Positions 1 through 8,448 of a stretch of DNA of 64,000 bases are shown here, in pieces; the stretch's first letter is position 1, and the number at the start of each line of letters is the position of its first letter. Origin of the DNA: an uncultured Gemmatimonadales bacterium (GTDB lineage: Bacteria > Gemmatimonadota > Gemmatimonadetes > Gemmatimonadales > GWC2-71-9). Both the position numbers and the translations under genes were made by a program. The DNA lies in the NCBI GenBank assembly GCA_963695555.1, contig CAVOGR010000002.1, positions 416,001 to 480,000 on the forward strand, written 5' to 3'. The notes beneath the pieces are model-generated. The model was not told where the DNA came from. It did no database searches and was given only the letters and a program-made list of their open reading frames with translations.

Positions 1-2583
1 GACGCCGGCGACTCTTTTCGGACCGAGCAGTACGCCGAGTACAAATCGACCCGCGAGAAGTTGGACGACGAGCTCCAGGCCGACTTCGACCAAGCAATCG
101 AGCACGTGCAGGCCCTCCTGGCCGCCTTTCGTGTGCCACTTGTCGAGGTCCCGGGGTACGAAGCCGACGACGTCATCGGGACGTTGGCGCTCGAGGCCGC
201 GAACGAAGGGCTTCAGGTCGTCATCGTCTCTGGCGATAAGGACTTCTACCAGCTCATCCGGCCGCGGATAGCGTTGCTCAATCCCGGACGCGGCGGCCCG
301 GCCGCCGTCGACGAGCAGTGGGTCGATGAAGCAAACGCGGCAGAGCGGCTGGGCGTGCCACCGCGCCAAGTGGTCGATTATCTGGCCCTGGTGGGAGACA
401 GCTCGGACAATGTGCCCGGAGTCAAGGGCATTGGTGACAAGGGTGCCCGCGAGCTGCTGGGCAAATACGACGACATCGAGGCTCTCCTGGCACATGCGGG
501 GGACATCACCAAGAAGCGACAGCGGGAGGCTCTCCAGTCACAGGGGGAAAACGCCCGGCTCTCACGCGACCTGGTGACGATACGGCGTGACGTGCCGGTC
601 GACCTGACCCTGGAGCAATTCCAGACCGAAGAACCCGACATCCAGGCCCTGACCAGCGTGTTGGCGGAGCTCGAGTTCTTCGCCCTGGCGCAGAAGCTCG
701 GACTCGAGCGCGATACCCCATCGCTTCAGGGGCCGGAGCAGCCGGCGACGGGCCGGGTCGAGCTGATCACCACGGCGGAAGGCTTGTCCACGGTGGTCGC
801 CAGGCTCCGGAGCGTCCCGCTGGTGGCGCTCGACGTGCAAGGCAGTGCGGCGGCTCTCCGCGACGGGACGGTGGTGGGCATCGGGCTCGCGGCCTCGTCC
901 GAAGAGGCGTGGTACCTGCCGTTCGGTCACGAGCCGGCGGCCGGCGAGTTAGCCGCTCCGGCTGACGTGGTCAACCTGCCGCCCCTCACCGATCCCTCCT
1001 GCCAAGCACTCAGCGAGCTCCTTCGCGATCCTGCGGTCCACAAGGCCGGCCATGACATCAAACGCGCTTGGCAGATCCTGCGACACGCCGGCATTGAACT
1101 CGCGGGTGTCACCTTCGACCCGATGATCGCCAGCTTCGTCCTCGACCCTGGGCGGCGCTCCCACGCCATCGAGAACCTGAGTCTCGAGCACCTGGCCCAC
1201 GCACTCCCGAGCTACGAGGATGTCGTGGGCAAAGGCAAGAACGCCCAAGGTTTTCCCGCCATCGCACCGTCGGTGGCGGGCGACTACAGCGGCACCCGCA
1301 GCATGACGGTTCTGGCGCTCCAGGCCGTCTTCCAACCGTTCTTGGAGCGCATGGCTGCGGAGCCCCTGTTTGGCGGCATCGAGATGCCGCTGATCGAGGT
1401 GCTGGTCGACATGGAGTGGCGGGGCATCGCCATCGACGCGGAGGTGTTTGCGCGGCTCGCGCGAGAATTCCGAGAGGAACTGAGCACTCTCGTTCGACAG
1501 ATCCATGCCGCGGCGGGGGAGGAATTCAACCTGAACTCGCCCAAGCAACTCGGGGCCGTGCTGTTCGAGAAGCTACAACTGCCCGTGCTCAAGAAGACGA
1601 AGACCGGGGTGTCGACAGATGCGGATGTCCTCGCACAGCTTGCCGCGATGGGTCACGAGGTACCCCACCTGATCTTAGAGCACCGGGAACTCCAGAAACT
1701 GCTGTCGACGTACGTTGATGTGCTGCCAGGCGCGGTCAACCCCCGGACGGGTCGCATTCACACCACGTTCAACCAAACGGGGGCCGCCACAGGGCGGCTG
1801 TCCTCCTCCGACCCCAACCTTCAAAACATTCCCGTGCGGAGCCCGCGGGGCGAAGCAATCCGCCGCGGCTTCGTGCCAGGGCCGGAGTGGGTGTTCGTGG
1901 TGGCGGATTATTCGCAGATCGAGCTTCGCCTGATGGCACACATGTCGGAAGACCCGGCGTTCATTGCGGCGTTTTGCCGGGGCGGGGACATCCACCGGGA
2001 GACCGCGGCCATCATCTTCGATGTACCCGCCCCAGAAGTGACCAGCGAGATGCGGGCCCGAGCCAAGACCATCAACTTCGCCACGATCTATGGCCAGGGT
2101 CCCTTTGCCTTGGCGAAGCAATTGGACATCCTGCAACAGGACGCGAAAGAATTCATTGCGGCCTACTTCGAGCGGTTCGCGGGAGTGCGCGCGTTCTTGG
2201 ACCGTCAGGTCGATTACGCCCGCGACCAGGGCTACGTCGAAACCCTGTTCGGACGCCGCCGCTACATCCCGGAAATCAAGGACAAGAACTTCAACACCCG
2301 GGCCTTCGGTGAGCGCACGGCGCAAAACTCTCCCCTCCAAGGCTCGGCGGCGGACCTCATCAAGCGGGCAATGATCAGCATCCACCAGGGGCTCCGCGGG
2401 CAAGGGCTCGAGGCGCAAATGTTGCTTCAAGTCCACGACGAGCTGGTGTTCGAAGCACCGCTGGCCGAGGTGGACGCCGTGCGGGACCTGGTCAAGCGCG
2501 AGATGGAATCGGCGGCGGACCTCCTAGTCCCGCTGGTGGCCGACGTCGGGGTGGGCCCCAACTGGCTTGACGCCAAAGCGTAA
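1..2583 (+). CDS. polA: DNA polymerase I (5' end outside window)
   Basis: Frame is open from base 1. 5'-3' exonuclease motifs GYEADDVIG, SGDKD and GDSSDNVPGVKGIG; polymerase motifs TGRLSSSDPNLQNIP, ADYSQIELR, RARAKTINFATIYG and LLQVHDELVFE. Confidence 0.98.
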   Translation, partial: DAGDSFRTEQYAEYKSTREKLDDELQADFDQAIEHVQALLAAFRVPLVEVPGYEADDVIGTLALEAANEGLQVVIVSGDKDFYQLIRPRIALLNPGRGGPAAVDEQWVDEANAAERLGVPPRQVVDYLALVGDSSDNVPGVKGIGDKGARELLGKYDDIEALLAHAGDITKKRQREALQSQGENARLSRDLVTIRRDVPVDLTLEQFQTEEPDIQALTSVLAELEFFALAQKLGLERDTPSLQGPEQPATGRVELITTAEGLSTVVARLRSVPLVALDVQGSAAALRDGTVVGIGLAASSEEAWYLPFGHEPAAGELAAPADVVNLPPLTDPSCQALSELLRDPAVHKAGHDIKRAWQILRHAGIELAGVTFDPMIASFVLDPGRRSHAIENLSLEHLAHALPSYEDVVGKGKNAQGFPAIAPSVAGDYSGTRSMTVLALQAVFQPFLERMAAEPLFGGIEMPLIEVLVDMEWRGIAIDAEVFARLAREFREELSTLVRQIHAAAGEEFNLNSPKQLGAVLFEKLQLPVLKKTKTGVSTDADVLAQLAAMGHEVPHLILEHRELQKLLSTYVDVLPGAVNPRTGRIHTTFNQTGAATGRLSSSDPNLQNIPVRSPRGEAIRRGFVPGPEWVFVVADYSQIELRLMAHMSEDPAFIAAFCRGGDIHRETAAIIFDVPAPEVTSEMRARAKTINFATIYGQGPFALAKQLDILQQDAKEFIAAYFERFAGVRAFLDRQVDYARDQGYVETLFGRRRYIPEIKDKNFNTRAFGERTAQNSPLQGSAADLIKRAMISIHQGLRGQGLEAQMLLQVHDELVFEAPLAEVDAVRDLVKREMESAADLLVPLVADVGVGPNWLDAKA

Positions 2584-2682
2584 CCGGCCCGGCCCCGCAC
2601 GAGTGGCCAAATCCTTGCAGGAGAAGCCATCTCCGGAGCGGGTCGCACGAGCGTGGCCCGTTCTCAGATCCTGGCGGGGGCC

Positions 2683-3429
2683 ATGTATCGGGTATTTCTC
2701 GCACTCTTGAGCGTATTAGCGGCGCTGGTGGTGTTCGATGCCGTGCGGCCGGGCCACGTCGGCGATCAGGCCCAGTCTCGCGAAGTGCCCGGCCACAGGG
2801 CCGTGACCCAGGCCGCCACCGCTGGCTCCGACCGGGATCCCGCTCCGGTTCGCGAAGCGACCCGTCGACGATTGAGAGACGCCGCGCCTCGCACCTACCT
2901 CGACTCCCTCCTCTTGGGTACCGATTCGCTCATTCGGCGCTGGGATCTCAGCCAGGGGCGCGCTCTGCGCACGGCGGTGCTCGAGGGCGGGGCACCGGAA
3001 TACACTCCTCGGCTCGAGAACATGATCCGTGAGGCGGCCGCACGATGGGAACGTGAAGGCCTGGGGTTCTACTTCGGTTTCGGCGCCGACACCGCTGATG
3101 CTGACATCGTCATTCGCTGGCAATCGCGCCTGGAGGCGGAAGATCGTGCCGGCCAAACCGACCTGGTGTGGGATCGGCTTGGCCACATTCGCCGGGCCGG
3201 AATTACGCTGGCACTCCGGAATACGGCCGGCGAGCTCTTGCCGGATGATGCGCTCCGGGCCGTTGCGGTCCACGAGATCGGCCATGCGATCGGGCTGCCG
3301 CACTCCGATGACGCCGAGGACGTGATGTTCCCTCGGGCGCGACGCGACGCGATCTCTCCACGGGATCGGCGGACTGCTTACCTTCTATATCAACTACCTC
3401 CGGGCTCCGTCAAAGAAGGCGAGTTTTAG
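2683..3429 (+). CDS. matrixin-family (M10-like) zinc metallopeptidase with N-terminal membrane/signal segment
   Basis: HEIGHAIGLPH zinc motif plus Met-turn DVMFP; hydrophobic N-terminus. ATG 2683 preferred over GTG 2653. Confidence 0.85.
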   Translation: MYRVFLALLSVLAALVVFDAVRPGHVGDQAQSREVPGHRAVTQAATAGSDRDPAPVREATRRRLRDAAPRTYLDSLLLGTDSLIRRWDLSQGRALRTAVLEGGAPEYTPRLENMIREAAARWEREGLGFYFGFGADTADADIVIRWQSRLEAEDRAGQTDLVWDRLGHIRRAGITLALRNTAGELLPDDALRAVAVHEIGHAIGLPHSDDAEDVMFPRARRDAISPRDRRTAYLLYQLPPGSVKEGEF

Positions 3430-3516
3430 CCGAGCTCTGGAATACCGCACCACTTCCCGAGCCGCCCAGGCAACGTGTCACTGCCGTGGGGGGCCAGAAG
3501 CTTTTCGGAATGGTCG

Positions 3517-4692
3517 ATGACCCATCGCGTACTCCTCGCGGGACTAGTCACGTTGGCCCTCGGAGCGGCGGCCGCAGAGGCACAGACTGCTTCTCCCTTC
3601 GATCATATCGAGGCCGTGGTGGAGCGCGGCATTATGCGTGGGGTCTACCCCGGCGCGGTGGTCGTGATCGGTCGCGCCGATCGCGTCCTCTACGCCCGCG
3701 GTTTCGGGCACCACACATGGAACCCGAACTCATTGACTCCGAGCCCCGACACCTCGCTCTGGGACATTGCCTCTATCAGCAAAGTGGTGGGCACGACGAG
3801 CGCCATCATGATCCTGGTCGAGCGCGGTCAAGTTCAGCTGGACGCTCCGGTGTCGCGCTACCTGCCGAGGTTTCGCGGGCCCACCAAGGAAGACGTCACC
3901 GTCCGGATGCTGCTGGACCACACCAGTGGGTTGCCGAGCTACGTTCAGTTTTTCAAGCTGACCAAAGAGCGGGATCGTGCGATCGAACTCTTGTACCAGG
4001 AGCCGCTTCGGCGGCGGCCAGGCTCTGAGGCGGTCTACAGCGACCTCAATGCCCTCCTCCTCGGGCTGTTGGTCGAAGCCGTGTCAGGTGAAACACTCGA
4101 CGCATTCGTATCGCGGGAGGTGTTTCACCCGCTTGGCATGACCAGCACGCGCTACCGCCCGACGGGAACGGACCGGAAGCGGGCCGTGCCCACGGGCCAG
4201 TGGCGCGGCCATCCCGTTGGGGGCGAGGTCAACGACCAGAACGCGGTCGTGTTTGGAGGCGCCGCGGGTCATGCCGGCGTCTTTTCGACCGGAATCGACT
4301 TGGCACGGTTTGCCCAGATGTGGCTCAACGAAGGACGGACACCGGGCGGTCGGTTCCTGCAGGCAGAAACCCTGCGGCAGTTTCTCGCCCGCCGCCAAGA
4401 AGCCGGGAGCCGTCTGCTCGGCTGGGATACCCCGGAACACGTGCCGAACCGCCTCTCGGTGTTCGGAAACCTCCTGAGCGAGCAAGCCTATGGCCACACC
4501 GGCTGGACCGGCACCAAGATGTGGATCGACCCGGGCCGCGATCTCTTTCTCATCTTTCTGACGAACCGGAGTTTTCACCCCAAGGTGCGCGGTTCGATCT
4601 CCGAGCTCCGTGCCGTTCGCTCGCAACTCTCCGATGCGGTCGTACGGGCGGTGCCGGGCGCTTGTGAAGCGGTGGCATATTCCGAATGCTGA
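3517..4692 (+). CDS. secreted serine hydrolase, beta-lactamase/AmpC-like family
   Basis: SISK (SxxK), LLDHTSGL, YSD and GHTG motifs; signal peptide ending AEA-Q. Confidence 0.9.
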   Translation: MTHRVLLAGLVTLALGAAAAEAQTASPFDHIEAVVERGIMRGVYPGAVVVIGRADRVLYARGFGHHTWNPNSLTPSPDTSLWDIASISKVVGTTSAIMILVERGQVQLDAPVSRYLPRFRGPTKEDVTVRMLLDHTSGLPSYVQFFKLTKERDRAIELLYQEPLRRRPGSEAVYSDLNALLLGLLVEAVSGETLDAFVSREVFHPLGMTSTRYRPTGTDRKRAVPTGQWRGHPVGGEVNDQNAVVFGGAAGHAGVFSTGIDLARFAQMWLNEGRTPGGRFLQAETLRQFLARRQEAGSRLLGWDTPEHVPNRLSVFGNLLSEQAYGHTGWTGTKMWIDPGRDLFLIFLTNRSFHPKVRGSISELRAVRSQLSDAVVRAVPGACEAVAYSEC

Positions 4693-5060
4693 CCCAGCCG
4701 GTACTCCTGTATGACGCCGACTGCGGATTCTGCCGCAAGTGGATCGCCCGCCTGGCACGGTGGGACACGCAGAAACGGATCCGGTGCGTTCCGGCCGCCG
4801 AGCGTGCCGGGGTCCCGGGCCTCCCGCCGCTCTCCGATACGGCACTTGCGCGGGCCATGCACCTGGTTACTCCCGACGGCCAGGTGCACGCCGGAGGCCT
4901 CGCGTTGCGGGCCATGTTGCCCTACCTGCCGGGAGGCACGTGGCTCAGGCCGGTGTTCTCCATTCCAGGGGTCCAACTCGTGACCAACCGGGTATACACA
5001 TGGGTGGCGGAGCACCGTCACGGCTTGGGGTCTGACGGCGCGGCATGCGATACGCGTTGA
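4686..5060 (+). CDS. DCC1/DUF393-family thiol-disulfide oxidoreductase-like protein
   Basis: N-terminal YDADCGFC (DxxCxxC) and C-terminal YTWVAEHR; overlaps the upstream stop. Confidence 0.85.
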   Translation: MLTQPVLLYDADCGFCRKWIARLARWDTQKRIRCVPAAERAGVPGLPPLSDTALARAMHLVTPDGQVHAGGLALRAMLPYLPGGTWLRPVFSIPGVQLVTNRVYTWVAEHRHGLGSDGAACDTR

Positions 5061-5106
5061 CCGCGTTGCGGGCAGGTCGGTAGCTTAGTGGGACGGGGGA
5101 ACTGCC

Positions 5107-5406
5107 ATGCCAACGATGGAAACCATACGCAAGGCGTTGCGATCGGTTCGTGATCCAGAACTCAACCTGAACGTCGTCGACCTGGGGCTCATCTACGATA
5201 TCGTACTGGACGAGGAGACCAACGTCCGCGTCGTGATGACGCTGACCTCGCCCGGCTGTCCAGCCGGCGAGGAAATCACTCGCGATGTCCGTGACACCGT
5301 GCAGAACCTGGACGGCGTGGGGAAAGTCGACGTCGACATCGTCTGGGAGCCCTACTGGACGCCGGAACGGATCGACCCGCGGGTGCGTGCCTTCCTTGGT
5401 ATGTGA
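5107..5406 (+). CDS. DUF59/SufT-like metal-sulfur cluster assembly factor
   Basis: DPELNLNVVDLGLIY, MTLTSPGCP and VWEPYWTPERI motifs; purine-rich RBS upstream. Confidence 0.92.
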   Translation: MPTMETIRKALRSVRDPELNLNVVDLGLIYDIVLDEETNVRVVMTLTSPGCPAGEEITRDVRDTVQNLDGVGKVDVDIVWEPYWTPERIDPRVRAFLGM

Positions 5407-5430
5407 CCAACCCGCTCGACCTGCTCGCGG

Positions 5431-6660
5431 CTAGGCGTCGCCGGGCTCGAGCTGCCGCAACAATTCCTCGCCAAACACCCGCGTCTGCCATTCGCGCACG
5501 CCAGCGACTCGCTTCAGGCCTGCGATCGTCTTGGGGTTGGTCCGAGCAATGGCCTCGAGGGTCCCGTTGGGGCAAATCACCCCCGGGGGGAGCTCGATCT
5601 GCCGGGCGAGTCGGTTACGGGCGACCTTGAGGCGGTCGAGTCTCGCCTCGAGCGCCGGGTCGGGAGGGGGCCGCTCGCGCCGCTCGATTCGTGGAATGTC
5701 TTGCTCGGGTAGGGTCAGGCCCCGATCGAGCGCCTCGAGTATTTCCAAACCGTTTCGGGCCACGGTGTCGCGGCTAATGCCGCGGAATGCCGCAAGGGCC
5801 TCGAGGTCGGCCGGTGGCGCCTTGGCCAACGCCAGTAGCGGTTCGTTGTTGAGAATGCGAAATGGTGCGCGGTCCGCTTTGCGCGCGGTCCGCTCGCGCC
5901 ACCGGTAGAGCTCCCGCAACACAGCGAGCGGCCGGCCCTTGAGAGCCTTGGCGCCCTTCATCCTCAGGTATGCATCCTTGCCGTCGCCGCCCCCGCCCCC
6001 GCCCCCGCTCCAGCGGACGCGCTCGAGCAGTGCACACTCTTCCTCCACCCAATCGAGCCGCCCGAGCTCGCTGAGACGGTTTCGGAAGATGTCGCGCAGC
6101 TGGGGCAGGTACTGCGTATCCATGGACGCGTATTTGATCATTTCCTCAGACAGCGGCCGCGCCGACCAGTCCGCGCGCTGGAATTTCTTGTCGAGCTTCA
6201 CACCGGCGTACTTGGCCAGCAAGGCAGCGAGGCCAACCGAGGGCTCGTTCATGAATTGGGCCGCGATCCTCGTGTCGAAGACATGGGTAACCTGAAAGTG
6301 GAGGTCGCGGTGGAGGAGCCGCAGATCGTAGTCCGCGTCATGGAATACGATTTCGATGCCCGGGTCCTTCAGGAGGGCCTCGATGGGTGACAGGTCGCGC
6401 ACGGCCAGGGGGTCGATGACGGCAGTGAGGTCACGGCTCGAGAGCTGGAGGAGATACACTCGGTCTCGGAAGCGGTGGAAGCTCGCGGCTTCCGTGTCGA
6501 AGGCCAGCAGCGGAGTCCCACGAATCGCCTTGACCAAGCGGGCCAGGGCCTTGGTTGAGTCGATGAACTCCACACCTTCGGGGACCCGCCCCCTGGCGGC
6601 CGAGGAACGCGGTGAGCTTGGCACGGCCCAAAGGTGCCCGGGGACGAGGGCCAGGCGCAA
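5431..6660 (-). CDS. rnd: ribonuclease D (3'-5' exonuclease plus HRDC domains); true start possibly downstream of 6660
   Basis: AFDTE, FHDADYDL, FDTRIAA, QRADWSARPL and YASMD exonuclease motifs, followed by two HRDC-like segments. Confidence 0.9.
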   Translation of the reverse strand: MRLALVPGHLWAVPSSPRSSAARGRVPEGVEFIDSTKALARLVKAIRGTPLLAFDTEAASFHRFRDRVYLLQLSSRDLTAVIDPLAVRDLSPIEALLKDPGIEIVFHDADYDLRLLHRDLHFQVTHVFDTRIAAQFMNEPSVGLAALLAKYAGVKLDKKFQRADWSARPLSEEMIKYASMDTQYLPQLRDIFRNRLSELGRLDWVEEECALLERVRWSGGGGGGGDGKDAYLRMKGAKALKGRPLAVLRELYRWRERTARKADRAPFRILNNEPLLALAKAPPADLEALAAFRGISRDTVARNGLEILEALDRGLTLPEQDIPRIERRERPPPDPALEARLDRLKVARNRLARQIELPPGVICPNGTLEAIARTNPKTIAGLKRVAGVREWQTRVFGEELLRQLEPGDA

Positions 6661-6774
6661 CCACTGCCGTCACCAACACCACACCATCATGACATAATCG
6701 TGTCAGTGCGGTCTCGTTTTGACATGCTCAATCACGTAATGCGTTGCTGGGCAATGAAATAAGGGGGCCTCCGG

Positions 6775-6945
6775 CTATTCCCGGACCGAAACCATCTCGA
6801 GTCCGGCGGCGATCTCATCCAGCGCCTTATGCAGGGTCTTGTAGAATTCTTCCCCCGGTTGGGGCGGGGTGCCCGTCGCCGCATCGAGCTGGAGCTTTCG
6901 GGCCAGCCGCGCGGCATGACGGATATAGTCGGTGCTGGGGCGCAT
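6775..6945 (-). CDS. small hypothetical protein, 56 aa (absent from the ORF track)
   Basis: Read by hand as MRPSTDYIRHAARLARKLQLDAATGTPPQPGEEFYKTLHKALDEIAAGLEMVSVRE*. GGAG lies 6 nt before the ATG, third codon positions are GC-rich, and it fills an otherwise empty gap. Confidence 0.6.
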   Translation of the reverse strand: MRPSTDYIRHAARLARKLQLDAATGTPPQPGEEFYKTLHKALDEIAAGLEMVSVRE

Positions 6946-7025
6946 GTGGGACTCCAGGATTGGAGTGAGCGTGTAGCTTGGCGTCCAACAATCTTACTCA
7001 GGGTTCCAAACTCGGGAGGGGCGGC

Positions 7026-7859
7026 GTGACGGCTCATTCGCAGCGACGGGTCTACCGGCTGGTGGTCGACGGCGTCGACTTGGCCGTCGAGGAAACAGGC
7101 CGAGGTCCTCCGGTGCTCTTCATCCACGGCTTCCCGCTCGACCGCACGATCTGGCGCCACCAGCTCGATCACCTCGGCGCCTATCGGTGCATCGCCCCCG
7201 ATCTCAGAGGCATGGGTGCGTCCGGCTCGCCGGAGGAGGGGTACACCATCGCGCAATACGCTACGGACCTCGTCCGGGTACTGGACCAGCTCGGTGTGAG
7301 CCGGGCTGGGGTATGTGGGCTTTCCATGGGAGGGTACATCGCGTTGGAGTTCGCAAGTCGGTTCAGGGATCGGGTCGCCTCGATGGTGTTGATGGATACG
7401 CGCGCCGAGGCCGACAGTCCGGCCGCGGCCGAAGCACGCATCGCCATGGCCCAGCGGGCAAGGAACGAAGGTCTAGCGGCGGTGACAGAAGAAATGCTTC
7501 CGAAGCTCCTCGCCCCGGAGAGCCTGGCGCGCAACGACTTGGTGGTTGCGTCAGTACGCCAGATGATGCGCGCGACGCCCCTCGCCGGCTTTCTGGGGGC
7601 GCTCCAGGCTATGCGTTCCCGGGTCGACTACCGGGGCAGCCTCGCGGCTCTTGGGCCCACCCCAACCATGGTCGTGGTGGGAGCCCAGGACGCCATCACC
7701 CCGCCGGCTCTTGCGAGGACCCTGGCGGCCGCAATTCCGGGGGCCAAGCTGGTGGAGGTGCGCGGGGCCGGCCACCTGGTCCCAATGGAGCAACCTGAAA
7801 CAACAACCCAGTTGCTGAGGGAGTTTTGGAGGAGCGTGAAACCTAGTGAATGGGAGTAG
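7026..7859 (+). CDS. alpha/beta-fold hydrolase (PcaD/MhpC-like)
   Basis: HGFP oxyanion motif, GLSMGG nucleophile elbow, Asp in GAQD and His in AGHL; GTG start preceded by GGGAGG. Confidence 0.9.
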   Translation: MTAHSQRRVYRLVVDGVDLAVEETGRGPPVLFIHGFPLDRTIWRHQLDHLGAYRCIAPDLRGMGASGSPEEGYTIAQYATDLVRVLDQLGVSRAGVCGLSMGGYIALEFASRFRDRVASMVLMDTRAEADSPAAAEARIAMAQRARNEGLAAVTEEMLPKLLAPESLARNDLVVASVRQMMRATPLAGFLGALQAMRSRVDYRGSLAALGPTPTMVVVGAQDAITPPALARTLAAAIPGAKLVEVRGAGHLVPMEQPETTTQLLREFWRSVKPSEWE

Positions 7860-7976
7860 CGTAGGTAGTGACGCGGGAGCGAAGTGTAGTCTGCTTCCGC
7901 TCAGTAGGATCCTCTCTTACGGCCCCGGGGCCTCGGCCAAGCGTAGTAAGGCCCCGCGGGCCGCCTCTCTTTCTAG
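7843..7976 (+). other. structured intergenic element: two hairpins with matching loops (possible sRNA, REP-like element or bidirectional terminator)
   Basis: Stems 7873-7880/7893-7900 and 7921-7933/7949-7962. Both loops contain AAGYGTAGT and both hairpins are followed by CCTCTCTT. Confidence 0.4.
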
Positions 7977-8023
7977 CCGACGCGCGCGCTCGACCAACTG
8001 GTTGCGCCCCGCCCCAGACGCGC

Positions 8024-8299
8024 TCACCCGCCCCGTTCCGGCTGCGGTGGCCCTGGCGGATTGTCGCTCTCGAAGACCACTTTGTTCTTTTCGATGTACG
8101 ACGTCCACTCTTCGGGAACGTCCTCTTCCGGGAAGATCGCCGTCACCGGGCACTCGGGCTCGCATGCTCCACAATCGATGCATTCATCCGGGTGGATGTA
8201 CAACATGTCCTCGCCCTCGTAGATACAATCGACGGGACAGACATCCACGCATGCCCGGTCCTTCACACCGATACAGGGCTCCGCGATTACATACGTCAT
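8024..8299 (-). CDS. dicluster ferredoxin (7Fe FdxA-type)
   Basis: [25 protein letters not shown]...[22 protein letters not shown] before ATG 8299. Confidence 0.95.
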   Translation of the reverse strand: MTYVIAEPCIGVKDRACVDVCPVDCIYEGEDMLYIHPDECIDCGACEPECPVTAIFPEEDVPEEWTSYIEKNKVVFESDNPPGPPQPERGG

Positions 8300-8448
8300 G
8301 TGCTGCTCCTCAAAGGATGGCCGTTCTTGGCCCACCGGTTCAGATCGAGTCGAAAGGTATAAGAAGTCCTTTACACCGGCGCAAGGGGCATTATCCCGTG
8401 GGAGAACGGTGCTCAATGGTTGGTCCGTCGCCGGTTAGATTCGGATCT

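Noticed and set aside
2590..2670. Imperfect direct repeat (CGCACGAG..TGGCC) and a G-U-rich hairpin after polA
   Set aside because: Short, GC-rich and without a U-tract; compatible with chance.
3517..4692. Beta-lactamase-family gene as an antibiotic-resistance determinant
   Set aside because: YSD and HTG motifs (rather than YxN and KTG) and the chromosomal context fit general esterase or peptidoglycan-related serine hydrolases. Resistance cannot be inferred.
5989..6007. GCCCCC hexamer repeat encoding a poly-Gly run in rnd, considered as a phase-variation tract
   Set aside because: The unit length is a multiple of three and lies in an interdomain linker, so slippage would not shift the frame.
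7846..8448. Long N-terminal extension of the patatin ORF (similar extensions at 17442, 22358, 42070 and 51546)
   Set aside because: These extensions overlap real genes and are not protein-like. Downstream starts match signal peptides or stop/start overlaps.
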